A stretch of 34,265 nt of DNA from the NCBI GenBank assembly GCA_039917005.1, contig JBDSKH010000067.1, positions 1 to 34,265 on the forward strand, given 5' to 3'. A program made the position numbers and the translations under genes. Below, piece after piece: positions 25,290 to 34,160 of this stretch. The notes under the pieces are model-generated. The model worked only from the letters and a program-made list of their open reading frames with translations, was not told where the DNA came from and made no database searches. Source of the stretch: Pseudolysinimonas sp. GTDB lineage: Bacteria > Actinomycetota > Actinomycetes > Actinomycetales > Microbacteriaceae. Positions within the stretch are counted from its first letter, which is position 1, and every line of letters begins with the position of its first letter.

Positions 25290-26725
25290 CCCTTCGACAC
25301 GCGCCTGACGGCGCTACTCAGGGCAGGGCCGCCGCGGTCCTCCTCCCCGGTTTCGTCGGCACCGAGCTGCCGGAATGGCTGGCCGCCCGGCTGCGCGCCG
25401 GGCTCGGCGGAGTCTGCCTGTTCGGCGAGAACATCGTGTCCCGCGCGCAGGTGCGCGCCCTCACCGACGCCATCCGCGAGGCGAACCCGCTGGCGCTCAT
25501 CGCGATCGACGAGGAAGGCGGCGACGTCACGCGGCTGTACTACGCGACCGGCTCGCCGTATCCCGGCAACGCCCTTCTCGGACAGATCGACGACCTCGAC
25601 CTGACCGCCGACGTCGCGCGCTCGGTCGCCCTCGAGCTGCGCGCGGTCGGCGTCAACCTCAACTTCGCTCCCGACGTCGACATCAATTCGAATCCCGACA
25701 ACCCCGTCATCGGCGTCCGGAGCTTCGGCGACGACCCCGGACTCGTGTCGGCACACACGGCCGCCTGGATCGTCGCGCACGAAGCGGAGGGCGTCGCCGT
25801 CAGCGCCAAGCACTTCCCCGGTCACGGCGACACGGCGCAGGACTCGCACCTCGCGCTCCCGGTCGTCGACCTGCCGCTCGCCGAGCTGCGCCTGCGCGAG
25901 CTGCGGCCGTTCGTGGCGGCCGTTCAGGCCGGCGCCCGCACGATCATGTCGTCGCACGTGATGCTGCCCCAGCTCGATCCCGACCAGCCGGCGACGTTCT
26001 CCTCCGTCATCCTCGACGGCGTGCTGCGCGGCGAGCTCGGCTTCGAGGGCGTGATCGTGTCGGACGCCCTCGACATGGTCGGGGCGAGCGGCGAGATCGG
26101 GATCCCCGCGGCGGCCGTGCGGGCGATCGCCGGCGGCTGCGACCTGCTTTGCATCGGCACGAAGAACACCGACTCCCAGATGGCCGAGATCGAGGCCGCC
26201 CTCGCCGCCGCCGTCGCCGACGGCACGCTGCCCGCCGAGAGGCTCGCCGACGCGGCGGCCCGGAACCGCGCGCTCGCCGAGTCGCTCGCGGCTCCGGCGC
26301 CGCTGTCGGCCCTCGCCACCCCCGAGCCCGCATTCGACCTGGAGATCGGCATCGCGGCGTTCGACATCGGCCGCGGCGTGCTCATCGACCCCGATGCCCG
26401 CATCCTGAGCCTCGAGACCGATGCCAACATCGCGGTCGGCCACGCGCCCTGGGGCCCGGCCGCGGCCGGTGCGCCGACCACAGCGATACGAGAGGGCGAC
26501 GTTCTGCCGGTGGCAGGTGTCCCCACCGTCATCGTCGGCAAGGACAATCACCGCCGCGCCTGGGTGCGTGACGCCATCGACATCGCTCGCGGTGCGAACC
26601 CGGATGTGGTGGTCGTCGACATGGGTTGGCCATCGCCCGACCGCGCCTACGCCGACATCGCGACCTTCGGAGCATCCCGCTACGCCGGGCAGGCCCTCCT
26701 GCGTCTCATCGGAGGAGAGTCGTGA
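25286..26725 (+). CDS. Glycoside hydrolase family 3, cytoplasmic beta-N-acetylhexosaminidase (NagZ-like)
   Basis: ATG 25286 overlaps the upstream stop (ATGA). Motifs are IDEEGGDVTRL, NFAPDVDI, RSFGDDP, KHFPGHGDTAQDSH and VSDALDM. There is no signal peptide. Confidence 0.85.
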   Translation: MTLRHAPDGATQGRAAAVLLPGFVGTELPEWLAARLRAGLGGVCLFGENIVSRAQVRALTDAIREANPLALIAIDEEGGDVTRLYYATGSPYPGNALLGQIDDLDLTADVARSVALELRAVGVNLNFAPDVDINSNPDNPVIGVRSFGDDPGLVSAHTAAWIVAHEAEGVAVSAKHFPGHGDTAQDSHLALPVVDLPLAELRLRELRPFVAAVQAGARTIMSSHVMLPQLDPDQPATFSSVILDGVLRGELGFEGVIVSDALDMVGASGEIGIPAAAVRAIAGGCDLLCIGTKNTDSQMAEIEAALAAAVADGTLPAERLADAAARNRALAESLAAPAPLSALATPEPAFDLEIGIAAFDIGRGVLIDPDARILSLETDANIAVGHAPWGPAAAGAPTTAIREGDVLPVAGVPTVIVGKDNHRRAWVRDAIDIARGANPDVVVVDMGWPSPDRAYADIATFGASRYAGQALLRLIGGES

Positions 26726-27684
26726 CCGCCTCCACCCTGCCGACCGCGCATCTTCGGGTCGGCATCGACATCGGCGGCACGAAGACGGATGCGGTGGCCC
26801 TCGAGGCGTCCGGCCGCGTCGTCCATGAGCTGCGGCTCGCGACGGGCTTCGGCGCCGAGTCGGTGCTCGCGACCTCTGTGGAGGCGGTGCGACGTCTCGC
26901 GGAGCTCGCCGGCTGTGCCCCCGACGACTTCGGGTCGATCGGCATCGGCATCCCCGGAGCCGTCGACGTGGCGTCCGGGCGGGTGGAACATGCCGTGAAC
27001 CTCGGCCTGTCCGGGCTCGACCTGGGCAGCGAGCTCGAAGCGCGCCTCGGCCGCTCGGTGCGCGTCGAGAACGACGTCAACGCGGCCGCCCTCGGGGCGT
27101 TCGCCCTGCTCGGCCGCACCTCGTCGCAGTCGATGGCGTATCTCAACCTCGGCACCGGGCTTGCCGCCGGACTCGTCCTCGGCGGGCGCCTCTGGCGCGG
27201 ATCGCGCGGCGTGGCGGGCGAGATCGGGCACATCCCGGTCGACCCGGCCGGCCCGCTCTGCCCGTGCGGCCAGCGCGGCTGCCTCGAGCTCATGGCTTCT
27301 GGGTCGGCGGTGGCGCGCCAGTGGCCGACCGACGATCCCAAGCCGGTGCGGGCGCTTTTCGCAGCCGCGGATGCCGGCGACGCTCTCGCGATCGAGGTGC
27401 GCGCCCGGCTGGTCGACAACGTCGCCGCGGCGGTACGGTTGCTCGTGCTCACGGTGGACGTCGACGACGTGGTGATCGGCGGCGGACTCTCCTCCCTCGG
27501 CGACGTGCTGCTCGCCGATGTGCGCGGCGTGTTGCAGGGCTGGGCCGACAGCTCCGAGTTCCTCGCCTCGTTGCAGCTGCCCGACCGTGTCGCGCTCGTG
27601 CCGAACGACTTCCCGGCGGCCGCAGTCGGCGCGGCCCTCATGGGCGCCCTGGATGCTGTGCCCGCCACGGCAGAGGCCCTCTGA
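26722..27684 (+). CDS. ROK-family sugar kinase (N-acetylglucosamine kinase by context)
   Basis: GTG 26722 overlaps the upstream stop (GTGA). Motifs are the ATP-binding GIDIGGTKTD, GEIGH and the zinc motif CPCGQRGCLE. It has no HTH domain. Confidence 0.8.
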   Translation: MTASTLPTAHLRVGIDIGGTKTDAVALEASGRVVHELRLATGFGAESVLATSVEAVRRLAELAGCAPDDFGSIGIGIPGAVDVASGRVEHAVNLGLSGLDLGSELEARLGRSVRVENDVNAAALGAFALLGRTSSQSMAYLNLGTGLAAGLVLGGRLWRGSRGVAGEIGHIPVDPAGPLCPCGQRGCLELMASGSAVARQWPTDDPKPVRALFAAADAGDALAIEVRARLVDNVAAAVRLLVLTVDVDDVVIGGGLSSLGDVLLADVRGVLQGWADSSEFLASLQLPDRVALVPNDFPAAAVGAALMGALDAVPATAEAL

Positions 27685-28454
27685 TGGCCGAGGTGGTGCT
27701 GGTCCGTGATCCGGCGGAGGGTGGCGAGCTGGCCGCCGAGTTCATCGCGCGCCTCGTCGCCCGCAAGCCGGATGCGGTGCTCGGCCTCGCCACCGGATCC
27801 ACCCCGCTTCCCGTGTGGAAGGCGCTCGCCGCGCGCTCGCTCGACCTGGGGCGGGTGCGCGGCTTCGCGCTGGACGAGTACATCGGGCTGCCGCCCGGAC
27901 ACCCGGAGAGCTACCGTGCCGTGATCACGCAGGAGGTCGTCGAGCCGCTCGGGCTCGATCCCGTCCTGGTGCGCGTGCCCGGCGACGACGGCGGCCCGAC
28001 GGAGGGTGCAGGCGAGCGTTACGAGCACGACATCGTGGCGGCCGGAGGCGTCGACCTGCAGGTGCTGGGCATCGGCCGCACCGGGCACATCGGTTTCAAC
28101 GAGCCCGGCTCGTCACTGGCGTCGCGCACGCGCGTGAAGACGCTGACCGAGCAGACCCGTGCCGACAACGCGCGCTTCTTCGACTCGCCCGACCAGGTGC
28201 CGAGCCACTGCCTGACGCAGGGGCTTGGCACGATCCTGCAGGCGCGGCACCTCGTGCTGCTCGCGTTCGGCGAGGCCAAGGCGGATGCCATCGCGGGCGC
28301 CGTCGAGGGGCCCCTCTCGTCGAGCCTGCCGGGGTCCGCGATCCAGCTGCATCCGCTCGTGACGGTCATCGTCGACGAGGCAGCGGGGGCGAAGCTCGCC
28401 TACCGCGACTACTACCGCTTCGCCTGGGACAACCGGCTCTCGTTCGAGCGCTAA
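27684..28454 (+). CDS. nagB: Glucosamine-6-phosphate deaminase
   Basis: ATG 27684 overlaps the upstream TGA by 1 nt. Motifs are LGLATGSTP, FALDEY, LGIGRTGHIGFNEPGS and the C-terminal LHP..TVIVDEAA. Confidence 0.93.
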   Translation: MAEVVLVRDPAEGGELAAEFIARLVARKPDAVLGLATGSTPLPVWKALAARSLDLGRVRGFALDEYIGLPPGHPESYRAVITQEVVEPLGLDPVLVRVPGDDGGPTEGAGERYEHDIVAAGGVDLQVLGIGRTGHIGFNEPGSSLASRTRVKTLTEQTRADNARFFDSPDQVPSHCLTQGLGTILQARHLVLLAFGEAKADAIAGAVEGPLSSSLPGSAIQLHPLVTVIVDEAAGAKLAYRDYYRFAWDNRLSFER

Positions 28455-28502
28455 GCGCTCGAAGCTAAGGCAGAGCCGAGCGCTGAAAACGGAAGCCGAG
28501 CG

Positions 28503-29408
28503 CTAGGAGCGCGGCAGGCTCGTGCCGGTGAGCTGCTCGGCGGCGGCCCAGAGCGCCCCCGGATCCGAGCGCCGGGCGCTGGACGGCAGACGCAATCGCC
28601 GCGACCGTCCCCTCGTGCCGTTCCGAGGGCCGTAGTACGCGCCGTTCTCGGCTGCCGGATCGGCCGCACCGTAGAGCAGCGATTCGGTGCCCATCTCGAC
28701 GTCCTGGGTCCAGGGCGCCGCGACACGTGTGGGCTGGCGCTGCTTGACCCGCCCGAGGTTCTCGCCGGCGGTCTGCAGATTGGTGCGGGTGTATCCGGGA
28801 TGCGACGCGATGCTGCGAAGGGCCCAGCCGCGCTCGCGTGAGATCGCGGCGAGCCGGGTGGCCATCAGGAGGTTCGCCAGCTTCGCCTGCGCGTATTCGC
28901 GGAACGGCACGTATCGTCGCTGCTCGCCGTTCAGGTCGTCGAGGTGGATACGGCCGATCCGGGCGACGGTGCTCGACATCGTGACCACCCGTGGCGCGTC
29001 TGCGGTCAGAAGCTTCGGCAGCAGCAGCTGGGTGAGCGCGAACGGGCCGAGGAAGTCGCTCCCGAACTGCAGCTCGAAGCCGTCGGCCGTCTCGAAGCGC
29101 TCGCGGGGTGCCATCACCCCCGCGTTGTTGACGAGGGTGTGCAGCGGGCGAACATCCGCGACCATCGCGGCGGCGAACGCCCGCACGCTGGCGAGGTCGG
29201 AGAGGTCGATACGGAGCACCTCGAGCCGTGCCCCGGGCACCTCGGCCTCGATCTCGGCGCGGGCCGCCTCGCCCTTCTCCGGCGTCCGCACCGCCATGAT
29301 CACCTCGGCACCGGCCGCGGCCAGTCGTTTCGCGGCCTCTTTGCCGAGCCCGCTGTTGGCGCCGGTGACGACGATGCGGCGGCCGGTCTGATCCGGTACC
29401 TCGTACAT
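28503..29408 (-). CDS. Short-chain dehydrogenase/reductase (SDR) family oxidoreductase
   Basis: ATG 29408 follows GAGGAG. Motifs are [14 protein letters not shown] (TGxxxGxG), NNAG and the YAQAK catalytic Tyr/Lys. Confidence 0.85.
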   Translation of the reverse strand: MYEVPDQTGRRIVVTGANSGLGKEAAKRLAAAGAEVIMAVRTPEKGEAARAEIEAEVPGARLEVLRIDLSDLASVRAFAAAMVADVRPLHTLVNNAGVMAPRERFETADGFELQFGSDFLGPFALTQLLLPKLLTADAPRVVTMSSTVARIGRIHLDDLNGEQRRYVPFREYAQAKLANLLMATRLAAISRERGWALRSIASHPGYTRTNLQTAGENLGRVKQRQPTRVAAPWTQDVEMGTESLLYGAADPAAENGAYYGPRNGTRGRSRRLRLPSSARRSDPGALWAAAEQLTGTSLPRS

Positions 29409-29434
29409 GATGCTCCTCGCGAAAACCGTTGCCG

Positions 29435-30571
29435 TCAGACCAGACGCGAGCCCGCGGCCCACACGGCTGTGACGTGGTGCGAGTCGTCGAGGACGACGAC
29501 GTCGGCAGCGTACTCCGGCTCGATGAGTCCGAGCCGGTCGCCGAGTCCGATCGCCCGGGCGGGCACGGCCGTGAGCGCGGCCACGGCGGCGGGGGCCGGG
29601 AGGCCGATCCGCAGGGCGATGCGCAGCGCCGCGTCCTGCGTGAGCGTCGAACCGGCGATGGTCGACGTTCCGGACAGGTGAGCGAGGCCGTTCCGCACGC
29701 TGACGTTGAGCGAGCCCAGGCGGTAGTCGCCGTCGTCGGCTCCGGCGGCGGCCATCGCATCCGTGATCAGCGCGACGCGGCCGGGAGCCTGCTCGAGCAG
29801 CAGGCGGGCGACGTCGCCATGCACGTGCTCGCCGTCAAGAATCAGTTCGAGCGTCACGCGGTCGTCCTCGAGCGCTGCCACGACGGGGCCCGGCGCGCGG
29901 TGATGGATGCCGGGCATGGCATTGAAGGCATGTGTCAGCAGGCGGGCCCCCGCGTCGAACGCGGCACGCGTCTGCTCGGCGGTTGCCTCGGTGTGCCCGA
30001 CCGCGACGACCACGCCGGCCTCGACCAACTGCGGTATCGCGTCGAGCGCCCCGGGCAGCTCGGGCGCGAGAGTGAGCTGGCGCAGGGTGCCCCCGGCCGC
30101 GGAGACCAGCCCGTCGATGTCGGCCGAGTCGGGTGGGCGCAGGTAGTCGGCGTTGTGGGCGCCCCGGCGAGCCGTCGCCAGGAACGGGCCTTCGAGGTGC
30201 GAGCCGAGCACGAGCGGGTCGGATGCCGCGAGCTCGGCGATCTCGGCGAGGCGCTCGCGCAGCTCGGCGAGCGGGTTCGCGACGAGGCTGACGAGGGCGC
30301 GCGTCGTGCCGTGTGCCCGATGCGCGGCCAGGGCGGCCGCGAGCTCGTCGCCCCCGTCGTCGTACGCGTGCCCACCGCCTCCGTGCCCGTGCAGATCGAC
30401 GAAGCCGGGGACCAGGGTCGCGCCGTGCAGGTCGAGGGTCTCGTCGGCATCCGGAGCGCCCGGCCCCGAGCCGGTTGACGCAATGGTGTCGCCGTCGAGC
30501 AGCACCCAGGCGCCGGCCACCTCACCGCGCTCATCGAGCTGCGTCGCGCCGGTCAGCAGGGTCGTGGTCAT
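29435..30571 (-). CDS. nagA: N-acetylglucosamine-6-phosphate deacetylase
   Basis: ATG 30571 overlaps the purU stop (ATGA). Motifs are [14 protein letters not shown], the HLEGPF metal/acid site, AVGHTEAT and HAFNAM. Confidence 0.9.
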   Translation of the reverse strand: MTTTLLTGATQLDERGEVAGAWVLLDGDTIASTGSGPGAPDADETLDLHGATLVPGFVDLHGHGGGGHAYDDGGDELAAALAAHRAHGTTRALVSLVANPLAELRERLAEIAELAASDPLVLGSHLEGPFLATARRGAHNADYLRPPDSADIDGLVSAAGGTLRQLTLAPELPGALDAIPQLVEAGVVVAVGHTEATAEQTRAAFDAGARLLTHAFNAMPGIHHRAPGPVVAALEDDRVTLELILDGEHVHGDVARLLLEQAPGRVALITDAMAAAGADDGDYRLGSLNVSVRNGLAHLSGTSTIAGSTLTQDAALRIALRIGLPAPAAVAALTAVPARAIGLGDRLGLIEPEYAADVVVLDDSHHVTAVWAAGSRLV

Positions 30572-31425
30572 CTGAAGATGATCGTACGGGCGCCGTCGAG
30601 CAGCACCCGATCCTCGGCGAACCACTTCACGGCCTGCGTGAGGGTGCGGGACTCCTCGTCCTGGCCGATCGCGACGAGCTCCGCCGGCGTGCGGGTGTGG
30701 TCGACGCGCACGATGTTCTGCTCGATGATCGGCCCCTCGTCGAGATCACTCGTGACGAAGTGCGCGGTGGCACCGATGATCTTCACTCCGCGAGCGTGCG
30801 CCTGCTTGTAGGGGTTGGCGCCCTTGAAGCCAGGCAGGAAGGAGTGGTGGATGTTGATGATGCGGCCCGCGAGCGCGTCGCATATCCCCGGCGACAGGAC
30901 CTGCATGTACCGCGCGAGCACCACCAGCTCGATGTCGTGCTCGTCGACGGCATCCAGGATGCGCTTCTCGAAGGACGACTTCTGCGCGGCGCCGGAGACC
31001 GGATGCGCTTCGAACGGGATGCCGTAGAACGCGGCCAGCTCGGCCAGGTCGGGGTGGTTGGCGAGCACCAGAGGGATCTCGACCGGTAGCTGTCCGGCGC
31101 GCTGGCGGAAGAGCAGGTCGTTCAGGCAGTGCGCGGCGGTCGAGACCAGCACGAGGGTGCGCAACGGCCGCCCGACCACGTCGAGCCGCCACGTCATCCC
31201 GTACCGGTCGGTGACCGGGCCGAGCGCGGTCTCGAACGCCTCACGCGAGGCGCCGGACTCGACCTGCAGGCGCATGAAGAAGGTGCCGGTGTCGTCGCTC
31301 GAGAACTGCTGCGACTCGGTGATGTTGCCGGCGGCCTCGACGATGGCACCGCTCACGGCGTGCACGATACCGGGCCGATCGCGGCATACCAGGGTGACGA
31401 TCCAATGTGTGGAATCGTGGGCCAT
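30568..31425 (-). CDS. purU: Formyltetrahydrofolate deformylase
   Basis: The N-terminal ACT domain is VTLVCRDRPGIVHAVSGAIVEAAGNI. The formyltransferase core has LARYMQVLS, NIHHSFLPGFKGA and GATAHFVT. Confidence 0.93.
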   Translation of the reverse strand: MAHDSTHWIVTLVCRDRPGIVHAVSGAIVEAAGNITESQQFSSDDTGTFFMRLQVESGASREAFETALGPVTDRYGMTWRLDVVGRPLRTLVLVSTAAHCLNDLLFRQRAGQLPVEIPLVLANHPDLAELAAFYGIPFEAHPVSGAAQKSSFEKRILDAVDEHDIELVVLARYMQVLSPGICDALAGRIINIHHSFLPGFKGANPYKQAHARGVKIIGATAHFVTSDLDEGPIIEQNIVRVDHTRTPAELVAIGQDEESRTLTQAVKWFAEDRVLLDGARTIIFR

Positions 31426-31431
31426 GGACTC

Positions 31432-31437
31432 ACGTTA
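31432..31437 (-). promoter_or_regulatory. -10-like hexamer TAACGT, 6 nt upstream of the purU ATG (leaderless configuration)
   Basis: The minus strand reads TAACGT-gagtcc-ATG. It overlaps the MFS -10 candidate by 2 nt. Confidence 0.4.
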
Positions 31438-31441
31438 TCGT
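31436..31441 (+). promoter_or_regulatory. -10-like hexamer TATCGT, 7 nt upstream of the MFS ATG (leaderless configuration)
   Basis: The sequence reads TATCGT-gaaggtg-ATG. Confidence 0.4.
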
Positions 31442-31448
31442 GAAGGTG

Positions 31449-32651
31449 ATGACCACCCAGCCCAGCGTGACGCCCTTCCCGCTGTTCCGGTTGCTGGTCA
31501 TCGCGGGTGCCATGTTCGTGGTCGTCACGAGCGAATTCCTGCCAACCGGACTGCTGCCCGAGATGGCCGACGAGCTGGATGTCTCCCTTTCGCGGATCGG
31601 CCTGCTCGTCACCATCTTCGCGGTCACCGTCGTCGTCACCGCCGTGCCGCTCACCGCACTTGCGACGCGCTTTCCGCGCAAGCAGCTCATGGTCGTGCTC
31701 CTCGGCGTCTTCGCGGTGGCGATGGTGCTGGGGGCCGTCTCGCTGAACTACGAGATGCTCGTCGCATCGCGCATCCTGGCGGGGTGCGCGCACGGCCTGT
31801 TCTGGTCGGTGACCGCGCCCTATGCATCCCGGCTCGTGCCGCGTGAGCAACTGGCACGGGCGGTCTCGGTCGCGTCGGCTGGCGTGACGGCGGCCTTCAT
31901 CTTCGGCGTGCCGCTCGGCACGGCACTCGGTCACGCCCTCGGCTGGCGGCTCGCGTTCGCCGTCGTCGGGGGCGTCGTGCTGGTGGTTACGACCTTGGTG
32001 ATTCTGTTCCTGCCTCCGGTGCAACATCTGGTGCCGCTGGCGACCGGCGAGATCCTGCTGCCGGCCCGGCACGATCGCACCATTCCGGCGATCGTCATCG
32101 TGTGCGTGACGGTCCTGCTGCTGATCACCGGACAGAACACCCTCTCGACCTACATCGTCCCGTGGCTGACCGAGGTCGGCACGGTGTCACCGGACGCGGT
32201 CAGCGTTGTCCTGCTCGTCAATGGCGCGGCCGGCGCGGTCGGTCTGGTCGCGGCCGGGGTGGTCGGCGACCGCTGGCCACGCGCCGCCCTCGCGTTCATG
32301 CTCGCGGGAGTGGTTGTGGGCGTCGCCGCGCTCGCTGTCTTCGGGCCGGGTTCGGTTCCGGCGACGATCGTCGGCGGGATCGCGTGGGGCGTCTTCTTCG
32401 GCGGCATCCCCTCCCTTATCCAGGCCCGAATGCTGCAGTCCGCATCCCTGCGTATCCGTGACACCGCGTCGGCCTGGCTCACGATCGCGTTCAACAGTGC
32501 GATCGCGGGCGGCGCGCTGGTCGGAGGCGTTGTGCTCGACCAGCTGGGCGTCACCGCGCTCCCGTGGGTGCTCGTCGCGGGGGTCGCTCTGGCGCTGGTA
32601 TGGGTACTGTCGACCGACGGAATGCGGATGCGCGCGGCCGCCCACCCGTAG
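31449..32651 (+). CDS. MFS transporter (12-TM, DHA1/sugar-efflux-like)
   Basis: It starts at ATG 31449 (MTTQPSVTPFPLFRLLVIAGAMFVV...). It has 12 hydrophobic segments and a loop 2-3 motif LATRFPRKQL. Confidence 0.85.
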   Translation: MTTQPSVTPFPLFRLLVIAGAMFVVVTSEFLPTGLLPEMADELDVSLSRIGLLVTIFAVTVVVTAVPLTALATRFPRKQLMVVLLGVFAVAMVLGAVSLNYEMLVASRILAGCAHGLFWSVTAPYASRLVPREQLARAVSVASAGVTAAFIFGVPLGTALGHALGWRLAFAVVGGVVLVVTTLVILFLPPVQHLVPLATGEILLPARHDRTIPAIVIVCVTVLLLITGQNTLSTYIVPWLTEVGTVSPDAVSVVLLVNGAAGAVGLVAAGVVGDRWPRAALAFMLAGVVVGVAALAVFGPGSVPATIVGGIAWGVFFGGIPSLIQARMLQSASLRIRDTASAWLTIAFNSAIAGGALVGGVVLDQLGVTALPWVLVAGVALALVWVLSTDGMRMRAAAHP

Positions 32652-32687
32652 CCGCTCGCCCTGGTGCGCGCCGACCTCCGACAGCGA

Positions 32688-32693
32688 TAGGTT
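32688..32693 (+). promoter_or_regulatory. -10-like hexamer TAGGTT, 6 nt upstream of ATG 32700 (leaderless configuration)
   Basis: The sequence reads TAGGTT-gtgcgc-ATG. This favours ATG 32700 over GTG 32694 as the start. Confidence 0.4.
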
Positions 32694-32699
32694 GTGCGC

Positions 32700-34160
32700 A
32701 TGACGACGACGAAGACGCCCGCCGATTCGGCCGGCGCGACCAAGACGGGGGTCGAACTCACCGGCCTCGAGACCATCGCAGAGAGTGAGCGTCACGGCAA
32801 GCCGAGCGGCCTTTTCTGGCCCTGGTTCGCCGCCAACGTGTCCGTGTTCGCGATCGCCTACGGCGCGTATGTGCTCGGATTCGGCATCTCCTTCGCGCAG
32901 GCCACGATCGTCGGCGTGATCGGCATCGTGATCTCCTTCTTCCTCGTCGGCGTCGTCTCGCTCGCCGGCAAGCGGGGATCAGCGCCGACCATGGTGCTCA
33001 GCCGCACGATGTTCGGGGTGAACGGCGCCCGCGTGGTGGCGTTCCTGTCCTGGATCCTCACCGTCGGGTGGGAGACCGTGCTCACCGTGAGCGCCGTCTT
33101 CGCGGTCGACGCGACCGTCGCGGCGCTCGGCGGGCCGGCCGACAGCCCGGTGACCAAGATCGTCGCCCTGCTCGTCATCGCCGCCATCGTGGTGATCGTC
33201 GGGATCTACGGCTTCTCGCTGATCATGCGGGTGCAGTTCTGGATCACCATCGTGACCGCCGTCGTGACGATCGTGTACCTGATCACCGTCCTGCCGCTGA
33301 TCGACTTCTCGGCGGTCACCGCTGTCGAGGCGGGGTCGCTCGCGGCCGTGATCGGCGCACTGGTCTTCATGATGACCGGCTTCGGACTCGGCTGGGTCAA
33401 CGCGGGTGCCGACTACTCGCGTTACCTGCCGCGCAACGCGAGCGGCAAGGGCGTCGTCGGGTGGACGACGCTGGGTGCGGCGCTCGCTCCCGTCGTCCTG
33501 CTGGTCGTCGGGCTGCTGCTCGCCGGATCGTCGGAGGACCTCGCCGGCGCGATCAGCTCCTACTCGCTCGGCCCGCTCATCCCGCTGACGCAGCCGTGGT
33601 TCATCATCCCGTTCGCCATCGTGGTGGTGCTCGGCCTGATCGCCGGCGCCATCATGGACATCTACTCGTCGGGCCTGTCGTTGCTGGCCGTCGGCCTCAA
33701 GGTCCGCCGCCCCGTGGCAGCCGGCATCGACGGCGTGATCATGGTGCTCGGATCGATCTTCGTGCTGTTCATCGCCGGCGACTTCTTCGGGCCCTTCACG
33801 GCGTTCCTCATCACGCTGGGCGTCCCGATCGCCGCGTGGTGCGGCATCTTCGTCGCCGACGTGCTGCTGCGCAAGAAGGACCTCGCCGACAAGGAGCTCT
33901 ACGACGCGAAGGGCCGCTACGGCAGCATCCGCTGGTCGTCGATCATCCTCCTGGTGGTCGCGACGGCGATCGGCTGGGGCCTCGTCGCCAACGGAACCCC
34001 CGGTTTCGGCTGGCTGGGCTACTTCTTCGGCCCCGCCGACGGTGCGTTCCGTGCCGACTGGCAGTACTCGAACCTCGGCGTGCTCATCGCGCTGCTGCTC
34101 GGGTTCATCGGCTACCTCGTCTTCGGCCGCTCGGCGGTGAAGGCTCAGGAGTCCAAATGA
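32700..34160 (+). CDS. NCS1-family (purine-cytosine/nucleobase-type) permease
   Basis: The N-terminal motif ESERHGKPSGLFWPWFAANVSVFAIAYG is followed by 12 TM segments. The alternative start GTG 32694 would add 2 codons. Confidence 0.85.
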   Translation: MTTTKTPADSAGATKTGVELTGLETIAESERHGKPSGLFWPWFAANVSVFAIAYGAYVLGFGISFAQATIVGVIGIVISFFLVGVVSLAGKRGSAPTMVLSRTMFGVNGARVVAFLSWILTVGWETVLTVSAVFAVDATVAALGGPADSPVTKIVALLVIAAIVVIVGIYGFSLIMRVQFWITIVTAVVTIVYLITVLPLIDFSAVTAVEAGSLAAVIGALVFMMTGFGLGWVNAGADYSRYLPRNASGKGVVGWTTLGAALAPVVLLVVGLLLAGSSEDLAGAISSYSLGPLIPLTQPWFIIPFAIVVVLGLIAGAIMDIYSSGLSLLAVGLKVRRPVAAGIDGVIMVLGSIFVLFIAGDFFGPFTAFLITLGVPIAAWCGIFVADVLLRKKDLADKELYDAKGRYGSIRWSSIILLVVATAIGWGLVANGTPGFGWLGYFFGPADGAFRADWQYSNLGVLIALLLGFIGYLVFGRSAVKAQESK

